Assembly: GCF_009914755.1 (NCBI RefSeq)
Contig: NC_060931.1
DNA: 64,000 bases
Reading direction: 5' to 3' (one strand)
Source of the DNA: the human T2T-CHM13v2.0 reference genome, Homo sapiens
Positions 1 to 15,830 of the stretch are shown here, piece by piece. The notes under the pieces are model-generated. The model searched no databases. It was not told the origin of the DNA and saw nothing but the letters and a program-made list of their open reading frames with translations. The position numbers and the translations under genes are program-made. Numbering within the stretch: the stretch's first letter is position 1; each line of letters begins with the position of its first letter.

Positions 1-267
1 ATACTTTAGTGGGACTCTCCAGGGTTCTTCCATCACCCTCCCTCTTCCGCCAGCTGCAGGGGCATTTTGCACACTGCAATTATCCCATTAACTCAACATC
101 AAAACCTCTGAGATCATCATCTTCATACAAGGTGGAAGTCAGGATCCCAAAATATTAAATAGTTCATGGTTATTTTATATTAATGAAGGAATACCCTAAT
201 GAACAGCTAATAGTCAAGTCTTTATTTGCCAGTAACTGTAATACTAAAATATATTTTTAAACTATTA

Positions 268-855
268 CTTTTTTCTTTAAAGCGTAACTCCTAGATTCAA
301 TACTAACTTCTACCAGTGAAGAATGTTAGTTATTTTCAAATATCCAAGAAGTACTTTTAAATGTTATTCACAACGTAAGCTACAAGAAACATATTCCCAA
401 ATTGGAAATTAAGTCGATTATACTTTCTGATCATAATTTAATGAAACTAGCAATCAATAGCAGAATCACACAAACACACACACACACACCCCATGCAAAC
501 TGGAAACCTGAAAAACAAAAAGAAAAAAAAACTAATGAGTTGGAAAAATACAAATACAAACATAGATCATTTAGAATATAATTAAGATAAAACAGTATAC
601 ATAAAAATTAATAAATGCAACTAAGTGTGTACTCAAAGGAAAGCTTAAAACTATTTATAGTATTTGAAAGAAAAAGTATTGAGGAAATTTACTAAGCATT
701 TAATTCAAAATAAGAAGAAACATGAAATAAAGGAATAAGCATAAATTAATGTACTAAAACTTTAAGAAGCAATACAATGGATAAACACATAGATTAGTCA
801 GATTAGTTCTTTGAAGAAACTGAAATAAGGAAGATCTCTGACAACCTAACCATAT
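268..855 (+). mobile_element. Ancient L1 (L1M/L1ME-type) ORF2 endonuclease-region fragment
   Basis: ttctgatcataatttaatgaaactagcaatcaat is a decayed (F)SDHN..KLEIN motif. The + strand is A-rich, and a (CA)n sits at ~467-488. Confidence 0.6.
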
Positions 856-1170
856 CCACAATTACACCTCCAGACCTTGGTCTCTCATAACAGCCTTGAA
901 GTAACTAAGAACATTGGAAGAAAGAGAAAGAGAACTCTGAAAGAATGTTTCCTTCAAGACTCCCCAATACTGAGAGAAAAAAAGGAAAAAAAAGGAATAT
1001 TTAGTCTCTAATTAGGTTCAGTAATAAATTTGTCTTTTCACTTTGAAGCAAGTTATCTAAATCGTGTATGTGTAACCTGAATAAAATCCTTCACAAAACT
1101 CTCACTTTTCCAACTGTTAAATTACTGTCTTCTTTCCCAATCCTTATTGCTCTCTCCATCTTTCAAGACA

Positions 1171-1173
<3 letters not shown>

Positions 1174-1212
<39 letters not shown>
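1174..1212. repeat. (TA)n microsatellite
   Basis: About 19 perfect TA units. Confidence 0.98.
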
Positions 1213-1217
<5 letters not shown>

Positions 1218-1229
1218 CTTCTATAAATT

Positions 1230-2600
1230 AAAAAAAGTGCTACAAATTCAAAAGGTGACAATGCATGGATAATGAAAAGCAAATATCCCCACTACCATTG
1301 TCCCCAGCCACCCAAATTCTCTTTGCAGAAGAAACCAGGATTTCCAGTTTCTTGAATATATTTCCGTAGATATTTTATGCATACACAATTATATTCCTTT
1401 TTTATATGAGTAGTATAATTACCTGTTAGGTAGCAAACTTTTAGGCTTTTTTTTTTAACATTTTAAAACATAGTTGTCTCATTTAATCCGAAAAAAACAA
1501 AAGTTGCATTGTATGCAATTTCTATTGTGTAGTGACTGTACCATAGTGTATTTTAAGTAGACAACATGAGGGTTATTTCTGCTTTCAATGTTTGCTATTA
1601 CAAAGCTCCAATTAATATGGATGAATCTAAAGCATGTTGCTATCAAGTGAGAACAAATGTAACAAATTCCTAGATATGTAATTGCTGGTTATGGTTATAA
1701 ACGTTATTTTATTGTTGGTGAAGTTTTCTCTACTGAGGATGCACAGATAGAAGAGTTCCTGCTTTTCAAAACCTCTGTTAACACCTTTGCTTTTTGATCT
1801 TTGCCAACCTAAGTGAAAAATATTATTTCCCTTTAGTTTTAATTTGCATTTATCCTTATTACCAGTACAGCTATACTAAGTTTACAAGACATTTGAATTT
1901 ATGTTTCTCTAAACTCTGTGTCATTATTTTTTTGGGTTTTAGGTCCTATGCTAATTAATTCACAAAATCATATATATTAAAGTAATTTGTTTGTGATAGG
2001 AGTTACTAATATTTTTAGCCTTTTGTTATTTATCTTCCTTTGTTTATGGTAGTTTCTCTTCCCATGCAGATTTTTAAAATATTCTTTATAATTAAATTTT
2101 TAATCTTTCCCTTTATGACTTCTGTGTTTGGTGTCAGAATAAAATTCTGTTCACAGTTTATACAAATATTTACCTAAGTGTTCACTTTAAAGACTTTGTG
2201 GCCTCTTTATGTGCTCCTCTGACTTCTATGGAGTTTACTTTGTAAAAGGGGTGAGATAGGGATCCAACTTTATTTTCATTTTCTAGAGAGCTACCTAGTT
2301 GTCCCAACAGCATAGAATAAATAATCCATCTTTTCTCTCCATGGATTTGCAATGCTACCTACATCACATAGCAAATTCCCACATATTTTGGGGTCCACTT
2401 CAGGACTTTATATTCTGTTCCAATTTAATTATATTCAGTATAATCATGTTTTATTTCCACTTTTCAGAATGTATTGAATTATTATAAAGGTGTTATCATG
2501 TTACGAGGATACTCTTCATACCTTTTTTTTTATAGAATTTCCCTATTATCGGTCAATTATTGTATATATATTTTATCACTGGCTTACTTAATAATTCTGT
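1230..2600 (-). mobile_element. Ancient L1ME-type 3' ORF2/3'UTR fragment, antisense
   Basis: T-rich, with typical antisense L1M motifs (gtgagataggg-atccaacttt, ttgtcccaacagca, tttaatttgcattt). Confidence 0.6.
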
Positions 2601-2670
2601 TGGTATCTTCATGGGGTTTCTGGACTCCAAACTTTCTTTCTTGTCAGTTCTATTAATGTCATGCCTTCTT

Positions 2671-2869
2671 TCTTTAAAACGTAATTCCTAGGTCAGATAC
2701 TAACTTCTACCAGTGAAGAATATAAGTTACTTTCAAGTGTGAAATAAGTATTTTTAAAAGTTAGTCCCAACATAAGCTACAAAAAATATATTCCCAAATT
2801 GGAAATTAGGAAAATCATACTTTCTGATCAGAATTTAATAAAACTAGCAATAAATAGCAGAATCACACA

Positions 2870-2912
<43 letters not shown>

Positions 2913-3010
2913 CATGCAAATTGGAAAGCTGAAAAACAGAAGGGAAAAACTAATTAGTTGGGGAAATAAAAATATACATATAGATAATTTAGACTATAAG
3001 ATAAAACAGT
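2671..3010 (+). repeat. Dispersed direct copy of ~268-597, including its (CA)n tract
   Basis: About 85% identity by eye over the first 200 bp. The CA microsatellite is at the same position (2864-2909). Flanked by a 26 bp direct repeat, 2645-2670 / 3052-3077. Confidence 0.9.
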
Positions 3011-3199
3011 GTTCAAAACAGTATAATTGGTGAACAGTTCAACTGATAAAACAGTTCGATTGATGTCATGCCTTCTTAATATGCATACACTGACAGACTT
3101 AATGATATCCACAGTGGGACAATCTTCATAAATAATAAGTTATTCTTTGTTTTTGTCTCAGCTATTTTAAAACATATATTTCTCAAGAATTTCTGGTGT

Positions 3200-3850
3200 C
3201 CCAGTTGAAAACCAAACAAAATATGACTGAATGCTTCATAAAAGAAATACAAATCACTAATAAACATTTGAAAAAATTTAATCTTGCCAGTGACCAAATA
3301 ACTAGTATTACCATAACATAATTTGTTTTCCTTGTAAAATTGTCAGAGTAAAGAGAGGAGCTGCTTTTGTGTCACTATGGAAGTGTGAACTTTTGCATTT
3401 CTAGAAGGATATCAAATCCCTAAAATATCAGCATGACTTTTGGCCTATAATTTTAATTCTGTTAATTTATCCTGTAAAAATAATCAAAATGTGTACCAGG
3501 TTCTATGTACACAGATTTCAGTGTCTAAAGGTAACCAGTACACAGCAGGTCTAGCACATTTTAATTGGATAAATTTGAGTAAATATTTTTAGTGGCTTTG
3601 GAAAAAGATGACAGTAAAGCTTTAACAAAAAAAATCAGTACAAAATTGTATGTACAGCATAATCACAGAAGTCTGTGTGAGAAAACACATTAAAAAATGG
3701 ATATGTACCTATACAACAAGTGGCTCTGAATTATGCTATTATTTGTGATTTTTATTTACTTTTTTCCTTTTATATTTTCAACATCTTTTGGCACAAAAAG
3801 CTATAATCATAAATAGGCAATACATATTACTAATAATGAAAAAAATATTT
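3200..3850 (+). mobile_element. Ancient L1ME-type 3' fragment
   Basis: aaatcactaataaacatttgaaaaaa and caaaattgtatgtacagcataatc resemble L1ME ORF2 end and 3'UTR. Heavily diverged. Confidence 0.45.
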
Positions 3851-3898
3851 TCTGGTACTTACGAGTAATTACTATATGACCTATTGTATTATATATAG

Positions 3899-4204
3899 TT
3901 TTGTTTTGTTCTTTTGAGACAGCCTCACTCTGTCACCCAGGCTGGAGTGCAGTGGCACGGTCTCGGCTCATTGAAGCTTTGACCTCCCTGGCCCAGGTGA
4001 TCCTCCCATCTCAATCTCCTAAGTAGCTAGGACTATAGGCATACACTACAATGCCCAGCTAATCTTCTGTAATTTTTTTTTTTTTTTGTAGAGATGGGGT
4101 TTCGCCCTATTGCCCAGACTGGTCTTGAACTCCTGGGTTCAAGTCATCCACCTGTCCCAGCCTCCCAAACTACTGGGATTACAGGTATAAACCACTGCTC
4201 CTAA
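3899..4204 (-). mobile_element. AluJ
   Basis: Dimeric antisense Alu with J-type tttgacctccctggcccaggtgatcctccc and ctcctgggttcaagt. Confidence 0.93.
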
Positions 4205-4412
4205 CATATCTAATATTTTTTAATATCTAGTTTGTCAGGATTGTAAATGTTCATCTACTTCTAATATTTCTCTATTAATTTGGATGTTAGTTGTATCTGT
4301 AATCAAAGATTACTATGTGTCTCTATCTACCTATCTCTATCACAAATTTTATATCTATCTATCTCTATCTATTTACCTATCTTCCTAGAATCCTACTTTG
4401 ATTATTTGTAAG

Positions 4413-5581
4413 CAGAGGAAGATTTACTGTGAAGTTCATGAAGCTTAAGCTTCATAGCCCCAACACTTCCATGAAACCTTCCAAGGGCATATAAGGCAAC
4501 CATGCAATGTAGTCACATGGTAACATAAATTCATAAGATTTTCTAAAGGAAGATAACTTACCTGTCATCAGTATAGTCTATTATCACTTTTCACTCAGAC
4601 TTTCCCTTCATCACACATGGAGTGGATATAGGCATTTGGAGTACTTACCTGTTTGGAAGCTGAGTTGCAGCTATGTTTGGTTTGGGTTTAGTGGAATATA
4701 CTTTTGTGATTTATGGTTGTTTCCATATATAATCTAGTTACTAACAGCTGTCTAAGGAAGAACAAGCCTCCAGGGTTGGAACACAAGGGTGCAGGGCCAG
4801 AAGCAATCCTACAATATGAATTATTCTGTGGCACCTGGTACTGGAACCACGTGGACAATAAAGGAGAAACAAAATGTGTGATTTATTGAGCCAGCATCTA
4901 GTGTAGTTTGCAGGAAATTTTTCTAAATCTTACAGAACATAAATAATAGAAATAAGAAGATATTATTCTTAATTTTACAATGGTACTAAATTTTCACACA
5001 ATATTACATAATGAGTTGGGAAGCCTAAAAAAACTTTCATAAGCTATCAACCAGATTTTTAAAAAATTTCAATCAACTATGATATTCTAAAGATTGAACA
5101 ATCTCTTAACTCTATGATAATAGATTGTTAATAGATGATATGATAATGATATGATATTCTAAAGAAAAGATATAATATTCTAAAGAAAAATCTATTATAT
5201 CTATAATAGATTGTTAATATACGATATGATATATAATAGATATGATATTCTAAAGAAAAGATTGAACAATCTATTATCTTTATAGAAAATAATGTAAATA
5301 ATTACATGAAGAAGACATCAAAGAGAATGCTATAAAATGTAAGAAAAAGTGTTACAGAGATGTGTCAGCCAATTAGTACAATCATTATTTTTCCTAGATC
5401 TTGTGATTTTTGTGATATTTGTGATATTAAATATTTTAAATATACTCTGATTATTTTCTACCTTCTAAAAAATATTTGCCATTGTACTTATTTTTGAATC
5501 TCAAATTTTGTATTTAGTATTTTTTCTTAAAGAGGGCTCTCAAATTTATGTAAGCTTCAAATCAATGCCTGGATTCACCTG
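4413..5581 (+). mobile_element. hAT-Tip100 DNA transposon remnant (Arthur1B/MER69B-like)
   Basis: 5' end cagaggaagatttactgtgaagttcatgaagcttaagcttca and 3' end aagagggctctcaaattt...cctggattcacctg. Decayed hAT C-terminal dimerisation motif (..NFxKLS..KFxSTM..RLN) at ~5010-5290. Confidence 0.65.
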
Positions 5582-6894
5582 TGTGGGTATCTGTGTGTAA
5601 ATGTATTTTTTAAAAAGAAAAGCTATGAAAGGCATATCACATTTTTTTAAATGATCACCTCTTTGAGAATTGCAATAGAATGAGGTTTTGTGATGGAAGG
5701 CTTTCAGTTTTCATTTCACATAATTCACTTAAAATGAAATCCATAAATTATTTATTCCTAATTGTAAATTTAGTAAGTTAAATACAACATATTGCATGTC
5801 TGTGGATCATTTTGTTTTCTGTTTTTTATTTTATGCTAATATGAATTATTTTTACTTTTTCTTGTCATAAACAAAAATGTTCACATTAGATAAAAATATA
5901 CGTTATTTGTTTCACCATTGGTTTTGTCTCCTTTCTCGCTACTCTTTTAGTTTCAATATAGATTGTCTTATTTTAAAAAATGCTTTTAGTACTTGCATGG
6001 TATTTTTTATAACAAGAAGTTAATTTGGAACTTGGAAAAGTAAAATCAATAGAAAAGAAGCCCAGCTCAATAACATGCTGGGGAGATAAAAATAAAACAA
6101 GTTCAGAAAATTGTAGAGAAGAGCTGACATATTTTGCATCTACACAACGTAAATACACTGGAACCACACTGAGCTTCTTCCCTTGTGTCCATGAATGAAG
6201 CCACTTTAGGATTACCGGTTTATTACACAGACATCTCTGGGTGACTGCATTGGGTAATACATGTTCGATCTATATAATTTTGGAAAGGTTTTCTACGGCA
6301 TGCCCTACAACCAAATGCCCATTCCCCATAAAGAAATCATAGGGATTCTGCCAAAGTTCATCTCAAACTGACATTCTGAATACACAAACCTCTTCTGGCT
6401 AAATCCTGGCATTGGCAGGAGTTTAGGGTCACCGTGTGCTGTTTACCAGCACTTAAGAGCTCAGGGAGCAGTTCTGTCCTTGGGCAGCTTATAAATCTCA
6501 ATGTCTCCAAACCTATTTCAGTCTGAGTCAGACTGAGGATCTTAAGATTTTTGAGAAGGACTTGTCCAAATCACAGGTATCCAGACATCGATGCAAAAAT
6601 ATTCTGAATAGGTTAAGGTTCAGAAACAATCATCAAAAGCATAGAAAATTATGCTAAGTGGAAAGTGGGAATCCTGTAAAATTCCTCTTGCAGTCATTTG
6701 TGCATATCAGAAAGGTCTAGAATGATGGATGAGACTTCTTTTTGCTCGTCTTAGAGTTGCAGCACTTGAAAGCCCCTCCCAGCCAACCCCACACCATTGG
6801 CAGAGCAGTTGAAAGTCATTACTTATTTTCTCTCTGTTCATGAAGTCCAGGTCACAAATTACAGCAAATGTGGACTATGGGTTAAGCTCATTTA

Positions 6895-7190
6895 TTAATT
6901 TGTTTATGCACTCTTTCTTTCAACAAATACGTATTGAGTAGCTACTGTTTTTCAGGCACTGTGTAAATGCTGAGAAAATAGGCATACTTAGGATCCAATC
7001 CCTGCACTTAAGGACTTACTTTGTAAAAAGGAAGATAAATGTATAGATAACCACAGTAAAATGCCCTACGTTCTATAACAGAGAAATACACAAAATCCTG
7101 TAAGAGCACAAAGGAAGATGCAACTACCTCTGTTGGAGACATTCCTAAAGCAGAGAAAGTAACTTTTGAGCAGTTAGCTACAAGGATTTC
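6895..7190 (-). mobile_element. L2 3' fragment
   Basis: ttcaacaaatacgtattgagtagctactg...caggcactgtgtaaatgctg is an antisense L2 3' end. Confidence 0.75.
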
Positions 7191-7479
7191 TTCATCTGCT
7201 CACAGCCAGAGAGAAGGAATTTGAAAAGTGGGTTTAAATAACACTCACCCAGTTGTTTGCCTTGAGGTATAAATTAGTTAATTGTTAATGAGTACTTCAG
7301 TAAAGATAACACTTAAAATTCTGTGCTAAAGTAAACTTTAAACATCAAATAATATATAGAAAAAAATATTTGAGGGCAAAAGGCTTCTCTCCCTACTGAC
7401 ACTGTACCACATAGATTGATAATTCTGATGCCATCATCTCCCCATTTAGACATACATTTTCACTAATCTTAAGTGCCAT

Positions 7480-7650
7480 AGTACTTTACCTATTTCGTTC
7501 TTTCATGTGGTATTTATTTTAAGCCTGAAATAAGCTATTTCTAGATAAAATTTTTAAATTTAAGTTTTATGTCTTTTTTTAAATCTTCTGAAACACCTTA
7601 CCAGATGCCTGCATATAGAACTGTTTAATAAATATCGATTGAATAAAGAA
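7480..7650 (+). mobile_element. L2 3' end fragment
   Basis: atgcctgcatatagaactgtttaataaatatcgattgaataaa. Confidence 0.45.
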
Positions 7651-8760
7651 TACAGGAGATAATGCTGGAATTTATAAGTCATATTATTTATTAAATTTAT
7701 GGTCTTTCTTTTCAGAATTGAGAGATTGATTGAAGAAGAAGCAACAAGTTCTAAAAAATGAGACAATCAGGAGGTGATGTGAGGAAGAGATGGTAACTAG
7801 AAGTATGATGGCCATGCTGAAAATGTTGACTGTCACAAGGAGAAAGATCCCATTTTATTTCCATGATTCCCTTGGAGCAACTCCAAGATCACCAAGATTT
7901 CTGCCTTAAATGTATTCTTATATCAAGTCTCACTTAAAATTTATTGTGTGTATGTGTGCAATTAATTGCAAGGATCTTTAGAGAACAGACTCCTTTGTCA
8001 CTAGTCCCTAGGCACTGTGACAAAGAGAATATTAAAAGACTCAAACTGGCCAAGATCCAGCACAAAGTAGACAGACTAAAAAGATAAGGCAGGTAGTTAA
8101 TCTTCTGGAAGGTGCTGCAGGTAAAGACAGGTTTGTTTGCCCAGCTTGCTGTCTCAACTCTACTTTTGTTTGATTTGTTATCTTACCCAGTGGGAAATCT
8201 ATGTCTTGACATTCAATCACAAAGCATAGAAGGCCTCAGACACTAAATAAGGTTAGGCAACGAGAGAAAAACCCTTTAGTCAAACTTTGTGCGAGAACTG
8301 AAATCTGGGAAAAATTTGGCCCCATGTGTAAATGACTCTAAGTATATTTATTATGACTTGAGGAAAGGAAACACCAATGAATTGGCAATGAACCTTATTA
8401 CAAATCAATCTTTTTTATCATCTTTCAATAACTCCAGAGAGATAGCAAGAAAATTGCACTTATTGCAAAAAATTATATTATATATATTACCATAAAGATG
8501 ATATCGCAACTGCCAAAAACATGAAGTGCTACCAGGCAGATAGCATAGATACTACAGAATTCTCAACTGATTGAATGTTTTACATTATGTGCATTTACTT
8601 AGGTTGGTATAAATAAATGTGGTATTTTAATAGAATTAATATTACATCAGCTTGCAGGCAAGCATGAATATTTTTATCATCTTCTAAACTGCAGCCTACA
8701 TGATTGGTATAATGGCATGATTTCCTTGAAAAATATACATGAGAAAGAAATTTATATGTT

Positions 8761-9230
8761 GTGTAGCAGATATTGTGGGGTTTTTCCTGACATCTGTTTT
8801 TCTGCCCACTATTTTTTAAAATGCACTTTAGGGGATTAATCTAAGTCAGAATAATCCTATGGGCTTTGATAAAATGTTTGGTTTAGGTTGCAGAGGCATG
8901 GAAAATATTCTGAACATAGGTACAGATTGCAAAATGGATAAATAACTAACTCCAAGACATGAAGACCCAAACAGTGGTTTCCTGGGTACTTCTAGAAGGG
9001 ATGCTTACTTTTTCTTATAAGGGTTGAAGCAACTCTCTTTCTCTCAGCATCGTGGTGTATGGTTGGAAAGCCACAGGGAAAGAGCTAAGGATGAAAAGCA
9101 AAACTAAAGGAGAGAACAATCAAAGGATCACATACACATACAAAAAAAATTGAACTAAGGCCATTTAATTTTGCTTACTTTAAAGCTTGACCACCATTCA
9201 GACTTACAATAATGTGAGTAGATAATTCTG
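8761..9230 (+). mobile_element. Old MaLR (MLT1-type) LTR
   Basis: Starts tgtagcagatattgtgg and ends near gacttacaataatgtgag. Highly diverged. Confidence 0.4.
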
Positions 9231-9360
9231 CCACTGCAGCCAATCTTTCTTATATACATGCTTAATAGATAGCTACTTAAAATAACTTACACACGTTTTA
9301 GAGTTGCTTGAAAACTATCTGATCAAGACATAGTAATTGAAACCAATGAATACATTATAT

Positions 9361-10140
<780 letters not shown>

Positions 10141-10341
10141 AGTAAAAGTCAAGGAAAGAAGCAAAATTAGAGAAACCAACGAGGTAAGTGAAATATAAGA
10201 AATTATAGAGACAGGAAGTGAAATAAGCTAAGATTTTCCCGCTCTTATCTAAAGGGAGAAATAAAACTAATAACTGCTAACGCTTACAATTAGATTCATC
10301 TCTCCAGGTACCGCTTTAAATAGTCTCTACCAGCAGTTCTT

Positions 10342-10626
10342 TTTTTTTTTTTTTTTTTTTTTAGACGGAGTCCCATACTGTCACCCGGGCTGGAGTGCAA
10401 TGGTGCGATCTCAGTTCAATGCAACCTCCGCCTCCCAGGTTCATGCAACTCTCCTGCCTCAGCCTCCTGAGTAGCTGGGCTTACAGGTGCACACCACTAC
10501 ACCCAGCTAACTTTTTGTATTTTTAGTAGAGACAGGGTTTCACTATGTTGGCTAGACTGGTCTTGAACTTCTGACCTTGTGATTTGCCCTTCTCAGCCTC
10601 CGAAAGTGCTGGGATTACAGGCGTGA
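10342..10626 (-). mobile_element. AluS (Sc/Sg-like), slightly 5'-truncated
   Basis: Dimeric Alu. TSD c(a/g)gcagttctt at 10331-10341 / 10630-10640. Confidence 0.93.
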
Positions 10627-10631
10627 TATCG

Positions 10632-10751
10632 GCAGTTCTTAAACTGTGGCTGAGGTAACCTTGGAAAATCCCCAAGACTCTCTTTGAGAAGTGGAAGTTC
10701 AAATCAATTTCTATAATAATAATATCATTTGACTTTTACTCTTACATGAGT
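10632..10751 (+). mobile_element. Charlie1-family (hAT) 5' terminal fragment
   Basis: gcagttcttaaactgtgg...ccccaagactctcttt...gttcaaatcaatttctataataata matches the Charlie1a/1b left end and stops abruptly. Confidence 0.6.
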
Positions 10752-10760
10752 AAATAACTC

Positions 10761-13312
<2,552 letters not shown>

Positions 13313-13351
13313 TATATACGAAATGGTTTGAAAAGTTTTCAGTTACAAAAC

Positions 13352-14121
13352 TGAGGACCAAGCTGGGATTTTTTGCTCAAATTCTTGTCTAAGGGGTCTG
13401 GGGAGTCATGCCCTACAAACCATAAATTATCATCAGATGGGTTTTATCTAACGCTATATATTGTGACTTACTTTCCACCCTGACTGTGGCATAACATTAT
13501 GAGACAACGATGAAAATCAAAATATTTTGCCCCAAAACATGTTTCTTTGCCATATCTTGAAACGGCCTTACAAAGCTGTCCTCTGTGGAGGAAAATCTGC
13601 ATCTGTAAAGAATATCTATTAACATACCTAGATTTTTTTTCTTCTAGGCTCTCCCAATCCTAAAGAGATTAACTAAAAGTCTAGCACCTTTTAAAGATCT
13701 GGATAGGAAACATTTGTCATTTATTGTCTCTAAGGGCAGCCACTATAAAATTTTAAAAGAACCTTGGTCTCCACAATTTATCTTAACCTGAACATTTTCT
13801 TTCTATTGATCCCAGGTCTTTAGACAAACTCAACCAATTGTCAATCAGAAAATGCTTAAATTTGCCTATAGCCTGGAACCCTCCCCACCCCCAACTCCCC
13901 CAACTCCCACTTTGAGTTGTCTTGCCTTTCTGGACCAAACCAATGTATTTCTTAAATGTATTGATCGATGTTTTGTGCATAAAACCAAGCTGTGCCCCAA
14001 CCACCTTGGGCACATGTTCTCAGGACCTCCTGAGGGCTGTGTCACAGGCCATAGCCACTCATATTTGGCTCAGAATAAATCTCTTCAAATATTTTACAGA
14101 GTTTGACTCTTTTCGTTAACA
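13352..14121 (+). mobile_element. MER4-family ERV1 solo LTR (MER4D/E-like)
   Basis: TG...CA ends, gtctggggagtcatgccctacaaaccataaat, and 3' end catatttggctcagaataaatctcttcaaatattttacagagtttgac. AATAAA at 14074-14079. Confidence 0.88.
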
Positions 14122-14656
14122 AAGGAAATTTATTTTTGAGTGTCTACGGGCTCTATTTTGTTTTTAAAATGTTAAACTAAACTTATAATATATTCTGGCA
14201 TCCTTTTGCAGGGCTGAAGGTCATTGAAATCACATTATAGTTATTGTGAAGCCAGACAGGTAAAAGTGAAATGTCAAGTACTAAAAGGAAAGCAGGGAAC
14301 TCGCTTTGTTTAGTCAATAAAAGTGATTGGACCTGGTTATCTTTCTCGCCTCTTTCATTAGCCCTGGAGACACTTAGAGGTTATAACTTCAGCTGTTTCT
14401 AACAGAAGATCCAAAAAAACTTCTTTCTGAGTATTAATATTTTAACAAGCAGTTGATAAACCTAGCTTCCTAAGTGCATTTGTGAGAAAAATAAGAGAAA
14501 CATGGACATTGGCCAAACTCTTTTTTCCCTTTAGTTTGATACTGAAGCTTTTAATAATGACCCCGAGTCAAGAAAACACATGCCAATCTGCAACTATATA
14601 CTCCACATGGGCCAGTCCTGGGTCTGCCTCTTTCAGTCATGACCTGTCCTCAGGAA

Positions 14657-14814
14657 CTTGCTACTCAAAGTACCATACCTGAACTAGCAGCACCAGCAGC
14701 ACCTGGGAGATTCTTAGAAAAAGCTTGAATCCTACCCAGAACTACTAAATTAGAATATGCATTTGAATAAGATTCCAGGGTGATTCTGACACATTTAGTT
14801 TGAGAAACACTGCT
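14657..14814. mobile_element. MER5A hAT-Charlie MITE
   Basis: gctactcaaagt...cagcacctggga...aagattccagggtgattc...gtttgagaaacactg. Confidence 0.8.
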
Positions 14815-15749
14815 GTACCTTTCCCTTTCATTTACTCTCCACCAAACAACCTCACAGATCTCACCTGACTAATACCTTAGTAATGTTTAATATAATTTCT
14901 ACTATAACCCAATATGTATATTCCCAAAACACTGCATGTTTTTCAAAATCATACTAAAGTAACAGGATCAATGAGAAAAACAGGATTGGTAAGACCATTC
15001 AAATTCTAGGCTACTTGGTAACTAGAGGCGCTAACAATGACCATAACTGGTACCTCCAGAGATAACTTGCCTAGGCAGACACTCAGCATGATTGGAGGCT
15101 GCTTCAAAGATATTAAATTTTTACAATAAACAAAAAAGTGGGAATGGTGACTTACAGGTGCAGAGACAATCCTAATGGAAGTGGTCCTGTGGACTGAAGA
15201 GGATGAATAACCTGCCAGAGGTAAAAAGCTGGGGTTTATCTTTCTGGAGATGGATCCCCAGGTACAAGAGCCATTTTTCATTGTCTAAAAATATAGCCTA
15301 CAGAACTCCCATCTGTGTAGCCTCCAAGCTAATGGATTTTTCTTGCCCTGCAGAAGTTTCTAATACACTCTTTCTATGCCAGATCTCTTTGCCTAGGATT
15401 AGACATACAAGGACCAGCATAACTTCTTTTACGTTGACATCATTCCCATGTTTATAAATGACAGCAACTTCATAGCTGTTATAAAAACAGGTATTCTGAT
15501 ACTACAATAGATTTTTTTCTATAAGAGAAAAAACAAATGTCCCCATGAACTAATTATCACTAAAATATTAAGAATTCATTTTAGATTGAAAAAAGCGATG
15601 TATAGTATTCAGAAATGGTTTTAGGAATGAAATTTAAGATGTTATATATAAGATGTATTTTAGCAGAGGTTTATCTCAAAACCCCTCATACACAAGCAAA
15701 CACTTACACCCTGCTGTCTCTTTTCTTCCTTCCCTCCTTTATTCTTTCT

Positions 15750-15830
15750 GCCTTTCTTCAACTATTATCATGGAGCATCTGCTATGTGCATGGCACTGTG
15801 CTGGATGCTATAGATAAAAAGCGTTTTATG
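15750..15830 (-). mobile_element. L2 3' fragment
   Basis: gagcatctgctatgtgcatggcactgtgctggatgct. Confidence 0.65.

Noticed and set aside
9267-9325. gttttagagttgcttgaaaac resembles a Cas9 repeat/sgRNA scaffold start and forms a small hairpin
   Set aside because: Single copy, a 9 nt match only, no spacers or cas genes, primate context.
10214-10223. GGAAGTGAAA ETS-IRF composite motif (also at 46816-46825)
   Set aside because: Isolated purine-rich 10-mers with no supporting context. Chance is plausible.
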